A stretch of DNA of 64,000 nucleotides, from the NCBI GenBank assembly GCA_963668625.2, contig CAXXKA010000001.1:384001-448000 (forward strand). The letters run 5' to 3'. This document shows, piece after piece, positions 21,001 through 29,218 of this stretch. The notes under the pieces were generated by a model. That model ran no database searches. It was given only the letters and a program-made list of their open reading frames with translations, and was not told the DNA's origin. Both the position numbers and the translations under genes were made by a program. The number at the start of each line of letters is the position of its first letter. Position 1 is the stretch's first letter. Origin of the DNA: an uncultured candidate division Zixibacteria bacterium. Its GTDB lineage: Bacteria > Zixibacteria > MSB-5A5 > UBA10806 > 4484-95.

Positions 21001-23303
21001 TCACGGCCGGCAACTACACCCCGACCATTACCATAGCCGGGACGCAGAATCAGCGCTCCTATTCGGCTAATGTGCCAACCGAATCTATCCTCATATTACA
21101 ACCGGGTGAGGTCAGGATGGATTCGCTTTATACGGTCGCGCCGAACTCGCCCAAGGTAAACGCCAATCAGGAATTTACCATTCACGGCTTTATCAGTAAC
21201 CTGGGTAACGAGATAGTGGATTCGGTTCATATAGTGATGTCCACGGATGGCGGCTCGACATTTAATGACACTGTCGATGTCGGTACGATTAACAGTCTTG
21301 ATGGCGCGGCGTTCGATTATACCGTAACGGCGGCATCATCGCCGAATTTGTTAGAGGCATTTTACGTTGAGATAGAGAAAGCGGTAAACAGGCTATCACA
21401 CGATGATTCGCCTATAGCCACGCCTTTAGATAACGGCACGGTAGCTATTATTGAAAATGACGCGATATTCGAACTGGATACATTATATCTCACGGATGAT
21501 TCACTTTCCACCGGGCAGGCATTCACCGTTTACACACGAGTAGTGCACACCGGCAGTGAAAGCTACGATGGCACGAACCAGTTGATTATTGATCTCGGCG
21601 GTGATAGTGAATATTTAGTAGCCGATTCGCTGCCCCGCGATTTCTCGATCGGCCAGCTCGTATCATGGAACGTGACCGCACCCGAAACAGAGCGAAACGC
21701 CACGACAGTCACGGTATCGTTTAACGGCGAGATTGTCGATTTAAACGACAGCACAACCGCGCTGGGGCCGGATTCGGTGTTGAATTCGACGATTCAGGTC
21801 ACTTCAGAGGCCGCTATTGCGCACAGGCCGATGCTTGTCTCGCCCTCGGGGGCTACCGATAGCGTGCTCTCGACAGGCCAATCACTGGTAGTATCCGATT
21901 CGTTATTCCCGACCGGCAACGTGGCCACGAGCTACGGCCGTTTAACCTTGCCGGAGGGATTCTCCAGTTCCGATCCGCTAACTCAGGAATTATCAGGAAA
22001 CGCGGTAAACTGGTCGATACTCGCCAGCGAGCAGGAAAAAATAGATTCGCTGGGATTCGAGTGCTGGACTATCGATTCCAATACCGGCGATATCGCCTAT
22101 AGCGATACTACCTGGATACGAATAGAGGTGGAGAGCAAAGCCACGCTGTCGCTAAACAGCACCGTGACCTCGCCGCCTTCGGCTATGGATAGGATTATCT
22201 CACCCGGAACCGAATTTACGCTTGAAGCTACCGCCTCGAATATCGGCAATGCTGATGTTGGCACGGGCGAGCTTACATTGAGCATTGACACCGATAGGTT
22301 TACTGTCACCGAGGATCTGACCCGGACATTCTCGGCCGGTACGCCGGTTGTCTGGACTATATTCTCGCCCGAGGAACAAATTTTGGATGGTGTGGTGGTT
22401 TCCGTGTTGATGCCAACAGTGGCTAACGATTTGAACACGGGGCTTCCCTCGGTAGTATTGAACGATTCCTCCGGCATGGAGATCATTATAAAACGCGAGC
22501 TGCCCGATCTGGTGCTTCAAAATCCTACGCCGCTTGGCGGAGCCGCCGTAGCGGGTATGCCGTTGGATATTTACCGTCTGACATTCCATAACTCTATAGA
22601 TATCACCAACGATCAGATCGGTATGTACACCTTCGGATTCAGGCTCAAATCGGATGGTGTCAGGATCAGTCCCTCGGATGTTGTATCAGCCTCGGTGCTA
22701 ACTATTAATGATGAGCAGTATGCCGGCGTGTTAAACGATTCGGTTGTGACTTTCAGTATCGATCCGATTTACATAATCGAGCCGGATTCCTCGGTGCTTT
22801 TAACTATCAATGTGACTCCGGTTGCGAACCCCACGTATAGATCGTTTAGTGTAAACTTCCAATCCTCCGATATTTTCGCGAGGGTGATTATCGGTGGTTC
22901 GGCCGAGCAGCAGATTGAGGTCGTATTGCCGGATGGCGAGGATTTCCTTTTGGATGGCGAGACGCTGGCAACCTTAGAGGGCAGTTTCCTGACTTCGACC
23001 AAGGTCAATCAAAATCCGTATATAGCTGCGAACGGGAACTTGAGTATCGGTTATATACTCGAAAATGACGCCACGCTAGATATTACTATTTACAATGTCA
23101 CCGGGGATGTTGTCTGGGAGTATACCGCTAATTCGACCAACGGTTACGGTACTGCCGGGCCTCACTATGATGATGACGTCGCTATTCCCTGGGATGGTAG
23201 AAACTCCAGGGGTGATAAAGTGCTCAGCGGCGTGTATTACATTTTCGTTACAAATAACGCTACCGGGCAAACAACCAATTTGAAGGTGGCTGTAGTATGG
23301 TAA
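15006..23303 (+). CDS. 2765-aa secreted surface protein with tandem Ig-like repeats and a FlgD-type (T9SS-like) C-terminal domain
   Basis: Signal peptide; recurring DQYGN/DAYGN modules; C-terminus NP...IYNVTG..VW...WDGRNSRG..V.SGVY...KVAVVW. Confidence 0.8.
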   Translation: MQSLSLKAILIISLIAVLTVPAVADIYYSEIVFSDDIDNQIEFRITPSDYQAISAEINGRMWPVSQFSDNEYSVTGFGKLNSGQPIKVLYEGYDVNSLDKVSLELIGTNGDISYNRFPGLALDLIPLQSVTDTLRSGIAGDSDAHKIGFDISTNQIMEKGEIWITFEAGFDAGGLVSLDSISYSDDDPANNGSEPTITSVSVITRTVILKLDSGTPASPNSRVNVEIKPVNNSIIAGDYSVTVQTLDSLGALVHIPTSSNAFILDPDVLNSVAVTPGGDMNIPSDSIVVFSAAGHDQYGNAIDGLTYTWAITVDSCGTINNGTFQAKKLGDCYITATTGGFADSSGVLTVEASDLDRFAMTGYPASVQAGQVFPIPIALTAYDVNDNIIYDLADSIYFFSSDDSAAFTYDSDNWLDIDTGQVSIPGNNFTLKLAGSQTITVTNGTQSTTSSSITVSSTLIDDFSFSAVGDQTAGVSFNLSVTGAVDQYGNPASGNVIVDDVVGGNSPDGDPPVLNNITVTNGSGQAGQLLTNAVASTLEGVGGSATVQTNSFTVNPGVVGRLILTGYPDEATAGEQFTSDPLVTVKDIFGNLKTNYTGTIHFKGPETVPSPYTFVTPHAGSHTFPDNQFAFQTAGLKRLYVFNADSSLADTSSAIDVSANIISSFSFTALGSVTAGSPFSISVSNALDQYGNSASGTITVTDSSGAGNSPDGSSPSLNDIIVNNGSGSANQILVDVGAAIIRGISEASTVQAVNITVNPAAGAQLVLTDTPDTITAGLDFSTQSIDPTVTVLDSYGNIATGYGGTVSFNNIENRDGPHTFIPADLGVYRFDGGNFSFEAAGARKIIATDGVLADTSSIVEVYPAAITSYDLNAPPSVVAGTAFTLSVANAVDQFSNDASGTVVITDSLGAGGSPDGSMPSLNNIEVSGGVGSAQQVLVDSVAAARLKGAVNGVVRGTSDITVAPANANELVLSNYPDTITAGQAFPSPANDPLVTLKDAYGNLATTYDGTVTLSNADSPDLDHDFVAGHDGTFAFDGDLIVFNTGGWRTLIVSDDTFGLADTSSPIQVLGTSSISSFDITAPSDADAGAAFSVNISNARDQFNNLTSGTVTIQAVSGAGNAPDGSSPSFHDVSITNGVGSASQVLVLTGTARLRGVAGSFADTTGNITVSPGTPDKIEITDCPESVTAGNGFSTDPIVTIYDSYENIATDYTGEVTFSGIATTHAPYTFIGGDAGQHTFPGSSFIPEESGIKRVIVTEDQASLVDTSEQFTVYPNVIAGFDFGAVGGATAGVPFSLSVSNAVDQFDNAASGTITVVGYTGAGNAPDGSVPSFNNIAITNGSGSGDQVLVLTGNARIRGFSGSAADTTSTFTVAPGAFGELRITNTPDTVTAGSNFSTDPVVTSYDLFGNLATNYTGTITFDGINQVPSDYPFVGGDNGQHSFLGSGFSPHTAGFRRLIVRDDAASISDTSNPIQVYPDTINSFSFAAIGSQTAGVPFVLTVSNAIDAYGNNTSGVIDIDTVGSLNSPNGDSPIINDINVTDGSGSAQQTLVLTGGSVQLRGSYSTLEVTTNTFAVNPGVLGELDVAVSSPQISGVPFTAPSTITAIDVFGNDKTNFSAAGNNITITASNGGDMADNILDEDSDFTNELADLNALGVTYSGAGGQVTFTAAAQSGITGESNVVQIGSIRADDISLDLRQVVSGDTARGTVRVTNLGNVAATITDIIIKTDPEMFSPSYTPPLGSVPGGTDQTYDFKFVVNTLSSGSYPLTMIVNANYSSIITSDTLIGRDTLIIVTESNLTDISGSLTPDTISSGSDYSLAFEVINNGEAALNIADSSYITFTDGSETYMAELAQNSYVGAGDQTYLYFNSASVNAAFIPNSYSVSFQIYGYDIHRVIDDLITITDDIMVQSPSNITYLANLTPLTLLTGAEVRFSARVSNSAQADLIINPDQTKITFSDVNENQYIAYIDTAAAYHVEVIEGGGDTTLTFVRELLLPGFTAGNYTPTITIAGTQNQRSYSANVPTESILILQPGEVRMDSLYTVAPNSPKVNANQEFTIHGFISNLGNEIVDSVHIVMSTDGGSTFNDTVDVGTINSLDGAAFDYTVTAASSPNLLEAFYVEIEKAVNRLSHDDSPIATPLDNGTVAIIENDAIFELDTLYLTDDSLSTGQAFTVYTRVVHTGSESYDGTNQLIIDLGGDSEYLVADSLPRDFSIGQLVSWNVTAPETERNATTVTVSFNGEIVDLNDSTTALGPDSVLNSTIQVTSEAAIAHRPMLVSPSGATDSVLSTGQSLVVSDSLFPTGNVATSYGRLTLPEGFSSSDPLTQELSGNAVNWSILASEQEKIDSLGFECWTIDSNTGDIAYSDTTWIRIEVESKATLSLNSTVTSPPSAMDRIISPGTEFTLEATASNIGNADVGTGELTLSIDTDRFTVTEDLTRTFSAGTPVVWTIFSPEEQILDGVVVSVLMPTVANDLNTGLPSVVLNDSSGMEIIIKRELPDLVLQNPTPLGGAAVAGMPLDIYRLTFHNSIDITNDQIGMYTFGFRLKSDGVRISPSDVVSASVLTINDEQYAGVLNDSVVTFSIDPIYIIEPDSSVLLTINVTPVANPTYRSFSVNFQSSDIFARVIIGGSAEQQIEVVLPDGEDFLLDGETLATLEGSFLTSTKVNQNPYIAANGNLSIGYILENDATLDITIYNVTGDVVWEYTANSTNGYGTAGPHYDDDVAIPWDGRNSRGDKVLSGVYYIFVTNNATGQTTNLKVAVVW
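16070..19740 (+). repeat. six approx. 610-nt (approx. 203-aa) two-domain tandem units inside the giant protein
   Basis: The A module (TAGxxFxLSVSNAxDxxxNxxSG...PDG..P..NxIxVxxGxGS) starts near 16388, 16994, 17606, 18230, 18840 and 19448; boundaries approximate. Confidence 0.8.
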
Positions 23304-25111
23304 GAAAATATATTATAATACTCATACTGCTTTTCACCTCGTTATCGTTCGCCGGTAACGGTGGGTATCGTTCGCCGTTTGCGGTAGGATTCGGCGCTCG
23401 TCAATTGGGAATGGGCGGCGCGACCGTAGCAAATATTAAATCCTCGAGCTCGATATTCTGGAACCCGGCCGGATTGGCTAATGTCGATAGATCCGAGATA
23501 CAGCTTTTTCACATGTCACTGTTCATGGATACCCGCTATGATTTCTTCGCCTTAGCTTACCCGACAACCTCGCTGGGCGCGTTCGGTATCGGTGTCGGCG
23601 ATCTGTCCTCGGGCGAGTTTGACAGGATAGAGGACTATGTCACGATCGGGACTTTCTCCAGCCGCCAGGATATTTTCATGTTCGGTTACGGCTCCGAACT
23701 GTTCCGGGGCTTATATACCGGTATGACTATCAAAGGTGTGCATTACGATATCGCAGGCTATAAAGATTCAGGATTCGGTTTCGATGTCGGTATGATGTAT
23801 AATTTCGGTTTCATGAAAGGCTTGTCTGTCGGTTTCAAGGGGACCGATCTGGGGGGGCCGAATATCAGGCTCAACTCCACCGATCAGGGTTACCCGACTG
23901 CCTACCGGGGCGGGCTGGCTTACGAGACTCATCCCGGTGACAAACATAGCGTTTTAGTTAATTTCGATTATGAGAACACCGAAAAGCTCGGTTCTGATAT
24001 CTACGTCGGGGGAGAGTTCGGGTTTAATGATATGTTGTTCTTACGGGCCGGTTATATGGCTGATAAGCTGACGTTCGGAAGCGGTCTGTCATATCATGGG
24101 TTCAATATAGACTACGCATTAGCCTCCATGTCCGACCTGGAAACTTCGCATCGTATCTCGGTGAGCTACGCTTTCGGTGGCTCGGTTCGGGCCAAGCGTG
24201 ATTCACGAGAGAGCAGGATCGCCGAAAGACGTTTGAACGATTACAAAGATGAGCAAGAGTCCGAGCGCAAGAGTAAGCTCGATAAAGAGCTGGAAAAAGC
24301 AGAATCGCTGGAGGACGAGGGTAAAACCTACGAGGCCATCGAATCATACTATCGTGTTCTGGCTCTGGATGTGCAAAACGAGAAAGCCTCGAATAAAGTA
24401 ACAGTATTGTTCGAACGAATCCGTCAGGATATAGCCAATGATGCCGGTAAGGGCTATACGGATCAACTTATGCAAAGCCAGATAGAACTGGGTGATAGCT
24501 ATTTTGAACGGAAACAATACAAGGACGCCGAGGAACAGTACAACCTGGCTTTAATTCTTAATCCTGAAAATCAATATGCAAAAGACCGTTTGGCCGAGAT
24601 CGAACAGATCAGCCTGGATGAAATAGATGCATTGAATAATTCGGCCAACAGCCAGATAACCAACGGCAACTACGACGCGGCTCTGGAGTCGGTCAGCAAA
24701 GCGCTGGCAATCGATCCGAATAACAGGGTCACGCTGGCAGGACGAGATAGGATCATCAATTTAGTCGAGTCCTCTAAGTATTTGAATGAAGCCCTGAAAT
24801 ATTTCGATCAGGCCGATTATACCAGGTCGGCAGCTCTAGTCGATTCCGCCCTGGCGAGCAACCCTAATTCCGAAGGCGCAAAAAGCTTAAAACGTCAACT
24901 GGCTAAATATACCGCTGATGTTACCACGCTCGAGGATATCAAGAAAAACAATGACCACTGGAGCACATATCTCCAGGGCATGGAAAAATACCAGGCGGGT
25001 GAATATAAAGAGGCGATTAAGCTCTGGCAATCGTTGCTCGAATCATATCCCAATAATCCAAACCTGAAACGGAATATCGAACAGGCTGCCGAAAGAGCGG
25101 CTAATGAGTAA
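23297..25111 (+). CDS. PorV/PorQ (UPF0164)-like beta-barrel fused to a TPR region
   Basis: GARQLGMGGA...IFWNPAGL N-terminus, LRAGY, DYA...L..SHRIS barrel end, then TPRs; overlaps the stop of the giant gene. Confidence 0.8.
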   Translation: MVRKYIIILILLFTSLSFAGNGGYRSPFAVGFGARQLGMGGATVANIKSSSSIFWNPAGLANVDRSEIQLFHMSLFMDTRYDFFALAYPTTSLGAFGIGVGDLSSGEFDRIEDYVTIGTFSSRQDIFMFGYGSELFRGLYTGMTIKGVHYDIAGYKDSGFGFDVGMMYNFGFMKGLSVGFKGTDLGGPNIRLNSTDQGYPTAYRGGLAYETHPGDKHSVLVNFDYENTEKLGSDIYVGGEFGFNDMLFLRAGYMADKLTFGSGLSYHGFNIDYALASMSDLETSHRISVSYAFGGSVRAKRDSRESRIAERRLNDYKDEQESERKSKLDKELEKAESLEDEGKTYEAIESYYRVLALDVQNEKASNKVTVLFERIRQDIANDAGKGYTDQLMQSQIELGDSYFERKQYKDAEEQYNLALILNPENQYAKDRLAEIEQISLDEIDALNNSANSQITNGNYDAALESVSKALAIDPNNRVTLAGRDRIINLVESSKYLNEALKYFDQADYTRSAALVDSALASNPNSEGAKSLKRQLAKYTADVTTLEDIKKNNDHWSTYLQGMEKYQAGEYKEAIKLWQSLLESYPNNPNLKRNIEQAAERAANE

Positions 25112-25143
25112 TTAGAGATTCCACATCGGAGAAAATTTAAAGC

Positions 25144-25175
25144 GGGGGTGTTCGATCGAACGCCTCTTTTTTTTT
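25144..25175 (+). terminator. rho-independent terminator
   Basis: GGGGTGTTCG/CGAACGCCTC stem followed by a long T run. Confidence 0.7.
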
Positions 25176-25364
25176 AGGTGTCATTCAGCACCAAAGAGGA
25201 TATACAAATCTAACCGCAGGCTTATCAACAAAGACGTTTTTTCATTCGGATGCCGGCTACTTTAAGAGCCCGGGGATTCCTGTCGGGAGTATTTTATTGG
25301 TGTTAAAACCGCAGGTATTTAACCTGCTCATCACTACCATCCCAATTGCCGGCAAGATCGAATA

Positions 25365-25391
25365 TAAACAAAACTGATTTCCTGCCGAAAA
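25365..25391 (+). promoter_or_regulatory. sigma-28 (FliA/WhiG)-like promoter
   Basis: TAAA-N15-GCCGAAAA versus consensus TAAA-N15-GCCGATAA. Confidence 0.55.
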
Positions 25392-25468
25392 TCTGTAAAG
25401 CATGCGATTCATCTTTACTTTGTGGCTTTTTTCAACTATACTGTAAGTTTATAAGAGAGGGACGGATA

Positions 25469-28400
25469 GTGTTTAAGAAACCGACTGAAATATTCATGAG
25501 TTTCAACGCCGAGGAGAGTATGCTCCCGGATATCAGGAGCTCGATCGACGACACTATCAAAGATCTCGGCCTTAGTTCCAAGGATAAAAACGGTATACTC
25601 CTGGCTATCGAGGAGGCTTGCACTAACGTTATTCGTCACGCTTACCTTTATGGCCCGGGTACGATCCGCCTTAAAATCAGGATGCAGCCAACGCGGGTGA
25701 CATTTTCTATTTATGATAAAGGTCGGCGTTTCGATTTCGATCACACCGATACGCCCGATCTGGATCGTTATATTAAAACCGGCAGGAAAGGCGGCCTCGG
25801 CTTATATCTAATCCGCAAAATGATGGATTCCGTCGATTACTATTCGCGCGGAGATGAGAACGAACTGCGGATGATCAAAGAGGTCAAGCCGCGCAAGCAG
25901 GCCGTGTTGAAAACGCGGGGCATGACGATCCGCCTGAAATTTGCTATCTGGGCATCGCTGGTGGTATTCGGTATGGTAGCTGCGATCTCCCTGTACTATA
26001 ATCATCGAAATTCAGTCGCTGTTGAAGAACGTTTTTTCGAGGAAGCCCGTAATGTCGCTCAGACAACGGCCTTGAACGCCGCCGATAAAATCGCGGTCGA
26101 TAACGAACTGGAATTGGCCGGGCTGGCTAACTCGCTAATGAACGGTAATCCAAATTTAGCATATGTTACCATAGTCGATGAAAATAATCTGGTCTGGGCG
26201 GATGTTCTCGATCCCTCTAAATTCTACTCGCAATACGCTTACCCGGCAGGCGTGGATTCCTCTCTCGAGGGAGTATTCCAGAAATATGTCAATAGCGATG
26301 GCGAAGCTATTTACCACTTGATAAAAAAAATATCTCATAACGAGCATACTCTCGGGTATGTAAACCTGGGATTCTCCGAAACGGCATTAGGCGATCTGCT
26401 AAAATCCTCACAACACTCGATCCTTCTGTTTGCCTTAATGGGATTGGTTATAGGTTTGACGGCGGTGTACTTGTTGTCGGCTTACTTTGTCAAACCGATA
26501 CAGAAACTCACCGAAGGCGTCTTGAAAATCGGACAGGGCAATCTTGAAGAGGCGCTGCCGGTAGAGGGCGAGGACGAGTTCTCCGAGATAGCGCGGGCAT
26601 TTAACGAGATCACCACCAAGTTCAAGAAAGCCCAGGTCAATGTTGTCGAACAGGAACGTATGCAGAAGGAGATGCAGGTTGCCCAGGAGATTCAGCATGC
26701 GCTACTGCCTAACAGGTTCCCCGAGATCGAGGGTTATGAGTTGGCGGCGGTTTATCGGGCGGCCAAGGATGTCGGCGGTGACTATTTCGATTTCGTCTGG
26801 ATAGACGAAGATACGCTGGGGATAGCGGTGGCGGATGTCTCCGGTAAAGGAGTGCCGGGCTCGCTGGTCATGACAATGATTCGTACGGCTATCAGGCTCG
26901 AATCGCGCGGTAACCAGAACCCCAGTGAGATTCTGGCGAAAGTTAACGATTTCGTGGCGGAGGATGTCAAGAAGGGTATGTTCATCACGATATTCTTCAT
27001 TATTCTCGACTCTAAAAGTCGCCAGATATCGTTTGCCTCGGCCGGCCATAATCCTATGATATTGTATCGAAAAGATTCCGATAAATGCTATTTTCTGAAT
27101 CCCAAGGGCATGCCGTTGGGATTAACCCTGCCGGATAATATATCATTCGGCGGTGATCTCCAGACCGACAGGCTGAAGCTGAAAAAGGATGATATGCTGG
27201 TGATTTACACCGATGGTATCACCGAGGCGATGAACACCCGCTCCGAGCAGTACGGTAACGATCGGCTGATCGATTTTATACGCGATAACGCTCATTTAAC
27301 CCCCGATGACTTCGCCAAGATGCTCGATAAGGACCTGGCTCATTTTACCGGCAACGCTCCTCAAAATGATGATATCACTCTGGTTGTGGTTAAAGAGAAA
27401 ATCATGGCCGATGAGATCATTCTGGAAAAACGCAAGCAACTGCTTATGATGGTCGAAAACGAGGGTGTTCCGATAGCCGATGCTTGCAAGGAGATGGGCG
27501 TTTCGGTTTCGACATTCTATAAATACCGTCGCCGCTGGAAACGCGAGGGCGCGGCCGGCTTGCTGAATAAACGTCTCAGGGCGGATGAGGGAATCAAACA
27601 GTTGCCGTATCAGGCGCGCAAGGTTCTGCTGGATGTCGTCCGTGAAAATCCGGAATGGGGCGCCTCGAGACTTCAGCAAAGAATGGCCGAAATAGGCGAA
27701 AGCTTCACTGTCAAGAATGTTTATGATGAACTGGTTAATATGAGGCTCAATACCAAGAAACTCCGCCTGGCTTATGTTGAAAGGGTTGGCCATTTAAAAC
27801 CCGAACAGAAGGAGATGCTCGAAAAAGAGATATTGCGCGACGCCCAGAAAGAGGTAGATCGCTCCGAGTATGTCGATGGCCTTGAGAAAAATATCGAGAA
27901 ACGAGAGGTTGAAAAGATAACCCAGGAAACAGGCCGGGTAATTTCTCAGTTGAAAAAGTTAAAACCGGCACTGGAAAACGATAAAGTATATTCGGAGATT
28001 TCGAAAGAACTTGAAAAACTAGAAGGCGGCGAAGAGATTGCCGGATTGTTCAAGACGATCATGCGGAAAGTGGATGATACTATTCCCACCGCTGCTGAAC
28101 CGCAAACGCCGGTTTCATCACCCGAACCAGAGGCTGAAACAGAACCATCGAAGCCAGAGGCGGTGCCTGTACCCGAGCCTGAACCAGTACCTGAACCGGA
28201 GGCCATAAATGTATCGGCCACCCCGGAGGCTAAATTCGAGGAAGAGGTATCCGAGCCCTTAGAGATCAGACCCGATGAAAAAGTGTCCGAACCTGGGGAA
28301 ATGCCGACAGTAAAAAGAGTGGAGGTCGCTCCTCAAAGTGATGAGAAGATTGAGATAAATTTGAAAGCGAAATCCGCGGATAAAGATGATAAAAAGGAAA

Positions 28401-28471
28401 AAGAACAAAAATCAGTTTTCGATGATATGGATGAATACGAAAGAAAGCTCTTAAAGAAATTCAAGAAATAA
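25469..28471 (+). CDS. membrane RsbW-like kinase - HAMP - SpoIIE/PP2C phosphatase - HTH fusion protein
   Basis: EEACTNVIRHAY and GGLGLYLIRKMMD (RsbW-type); two TM segments plus HAMP; VGGDYFD, DVSGKG, YTDGITE, NDDIT (PP2C); HTH IADACKEMGVSVSTFYKYRRRW; start moved to GTG 25469 after GAGGGA. Confidence 0.85.
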   Translation: MFKKPTEIFMSFNAEESMLPDIRSSIDDTIKDLGLSSKDKNGILLAIEEACTNVIRHAYLYGPGTIRLKIRMQPTRVTFSIYDKGRRFDFDHTDTPDLDRYIKTGRKGGLGLYLIRKMMDSVDYYSRGDENELRMIKEVKPRKQAVLKTRGMTIRLKFAIWASLVVFGMVAAISLYYNHRNSVAVEERFFEEARNVAQTTALNAADKIAVDNELELAGLANSLMNGNPNLAYVTIVDENNLVWADVLDPSKFYSQYAYPAGVDSSLEGVFQKYVNSDGEAIYHLIKKISHNEHTLGYVNLGFSETALGDLLKSSQHSILLFALMGLVIGLTAVYLLSAYFVKPIQKLTEGVLKIGQGNLEEALPVEGEDEFSEIARAFNEITTKFKKAQVNVVEQERMQKEMQVAQEIQHALLPNRFPEIEGYELAAVYRAAKDVGGDYFDFVWIDEDTLGIAVADVSGKGVPGSLVMTMIRTAIRLESRGNQNPSEILAKVNDFVAEDVKKGMFITIFFIILDSKSRQISFASAGHNPMILYRKDSDKCYFLNPKGMPLGLTLPDNISFGGDLQTDRLKLKKDDMLVIYTDGITEAMNTRSEQYGNDRLIDFIRDNAHLTPDDFAKMLDKDLAHFTGNAPQNDDITLVVVKEKIMADEIILEKRKQLLMMVENEGVPIADACKEMGVSVSTFYKYRRRWKREGAAGLLNKRLRADEGIKQLPYQARKVLLDVVRENPEWGASRLQQRMAEIGESFTVKNVYDELVNMRLNTKKLRLAYVERVGHLKPEQKEMLEKEILRDAQKEVDRSEYVDGLEKNIEKREVEKITQETGRVISQLKKLKPALENDKVYSEISKELEKLEGGEEIAGLFKTIMRKVDDTIPTAAEPQTPVSSPEPEAETEPSKPEAVPVPEPEPVPEPEAINVSATPEAKFEEEVSEPLEIRPDEKVSEPGEMPTVKRVEVAPQSDEKIEINLKAKSADKDDKKEKEQKSVFDDMDEYERKLLKKFKK

Positions 28472-29214
28472 TGCATAAAGTTGCTGTAATAGCCTCTAAA
28501 GGGGGCACGGGTAAAACCACAACCGCTATAAATCTGGCCCATGCTGTTAGTTTGATGGACAAGAAAGTACTGCTTATCGACTGCGATTCCCAGGGCTCGG
28601 CCTCGCTGGCATTCGAGTTAAACGGTGTGCAAGGCCTTTCAGACCTTCTTTTAACCAACAATGTCGATATATATAATGTTAGACCTAACCTGTATCTTGT
28701 TGGCTCGGGCAGGTCTGATATCTATATGGTAGAGCGTTACTTAGCCCAGCAGGGTGAGGCTGATTATCCTCTGGCAAAAGCGTTAAATCGATTTACCGGC
28801 GTAGATTTGATAATTTTAGATTGCTCCCCGTCGATAAATATAATAAATTCAAACATTCTTAATTATGCGGATCATGTCCTGATTCCTGTTTCGATGGACT
28901 ATTTCGCACTGGAGGGAGCAGCTTTAACGCTGAAAGTGATTAAGGAAATTAGTTCGATCAATAAAAAGCAAATCAATGTTTTAGGATATTTATCAACTTT
29001 TTATGATGTCAGGACTAAAATATCAAAACAGATTTTTGCCGAGCTGAACGAAAAATACCAAAATAAAGTATTCGAGACGCCGATAAGAATTAATACACAG
29101 ATTAAGGAGGCGCAAATGCATCGCAAGACAATATTCGAGTTTGCGCCGTACTCTCACGGGGCTTACGATTATTATCGTTTCGTGAAAGAGGCTTTAGCAA
29201 GGTTAGACGGGTAA
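28471..29214 (+). CDS. ParA/Soj family ATPase (orphan)
   Basis: Deviant Walker A KGGTGKTT, LLIDCDSQG, ILDCSP, YDVRT, IRIN..IKEA; no parB in the window. Confidence 0.9.
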   Translation: MHKVAVIASKGGTGKTTTAINLAHAVSLMDKKVLLIDCDSQGSASLAFELNGVQGLSDLLLTNNVDIYNVRPNLYLVGSGRSDIYMVERYLAQQGEADYPLAKALNRFTGVDLIILDCSPSINIINSNILNYADHVLIPVSMDYFALEGAALTLKVIKEISSINKKQINVLGYLSTFYDVRTKISKQIFAELNEKYQNKVFETPIRINTQIKEAQMHRKTIFEFAPYSHGAYDYYRFVKEALARLDG

Positions 29215-29218
29215 TTTT

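Noticed and set aside
25346-25468. Longer N-terminus for the RsbW-PP2C protein from TTG 25346
   Set aside because: No RBS, overlaps the predicted promoter; GTG 25469 has an RBS-like sequence and begins the domain
27431-27784. An intact IS481 element
   Set aside because: No DDE domain, terminal repeats or target duplication seen; in frame with the host gene
28090-28210. VPEP motifs (PEPEAE...VPVPEPEPVPEPE) as a PEP-CTERM signal
   Set aside because: Internal to a cytoplasmic low-complexity linker; no following TM helix or basic tail
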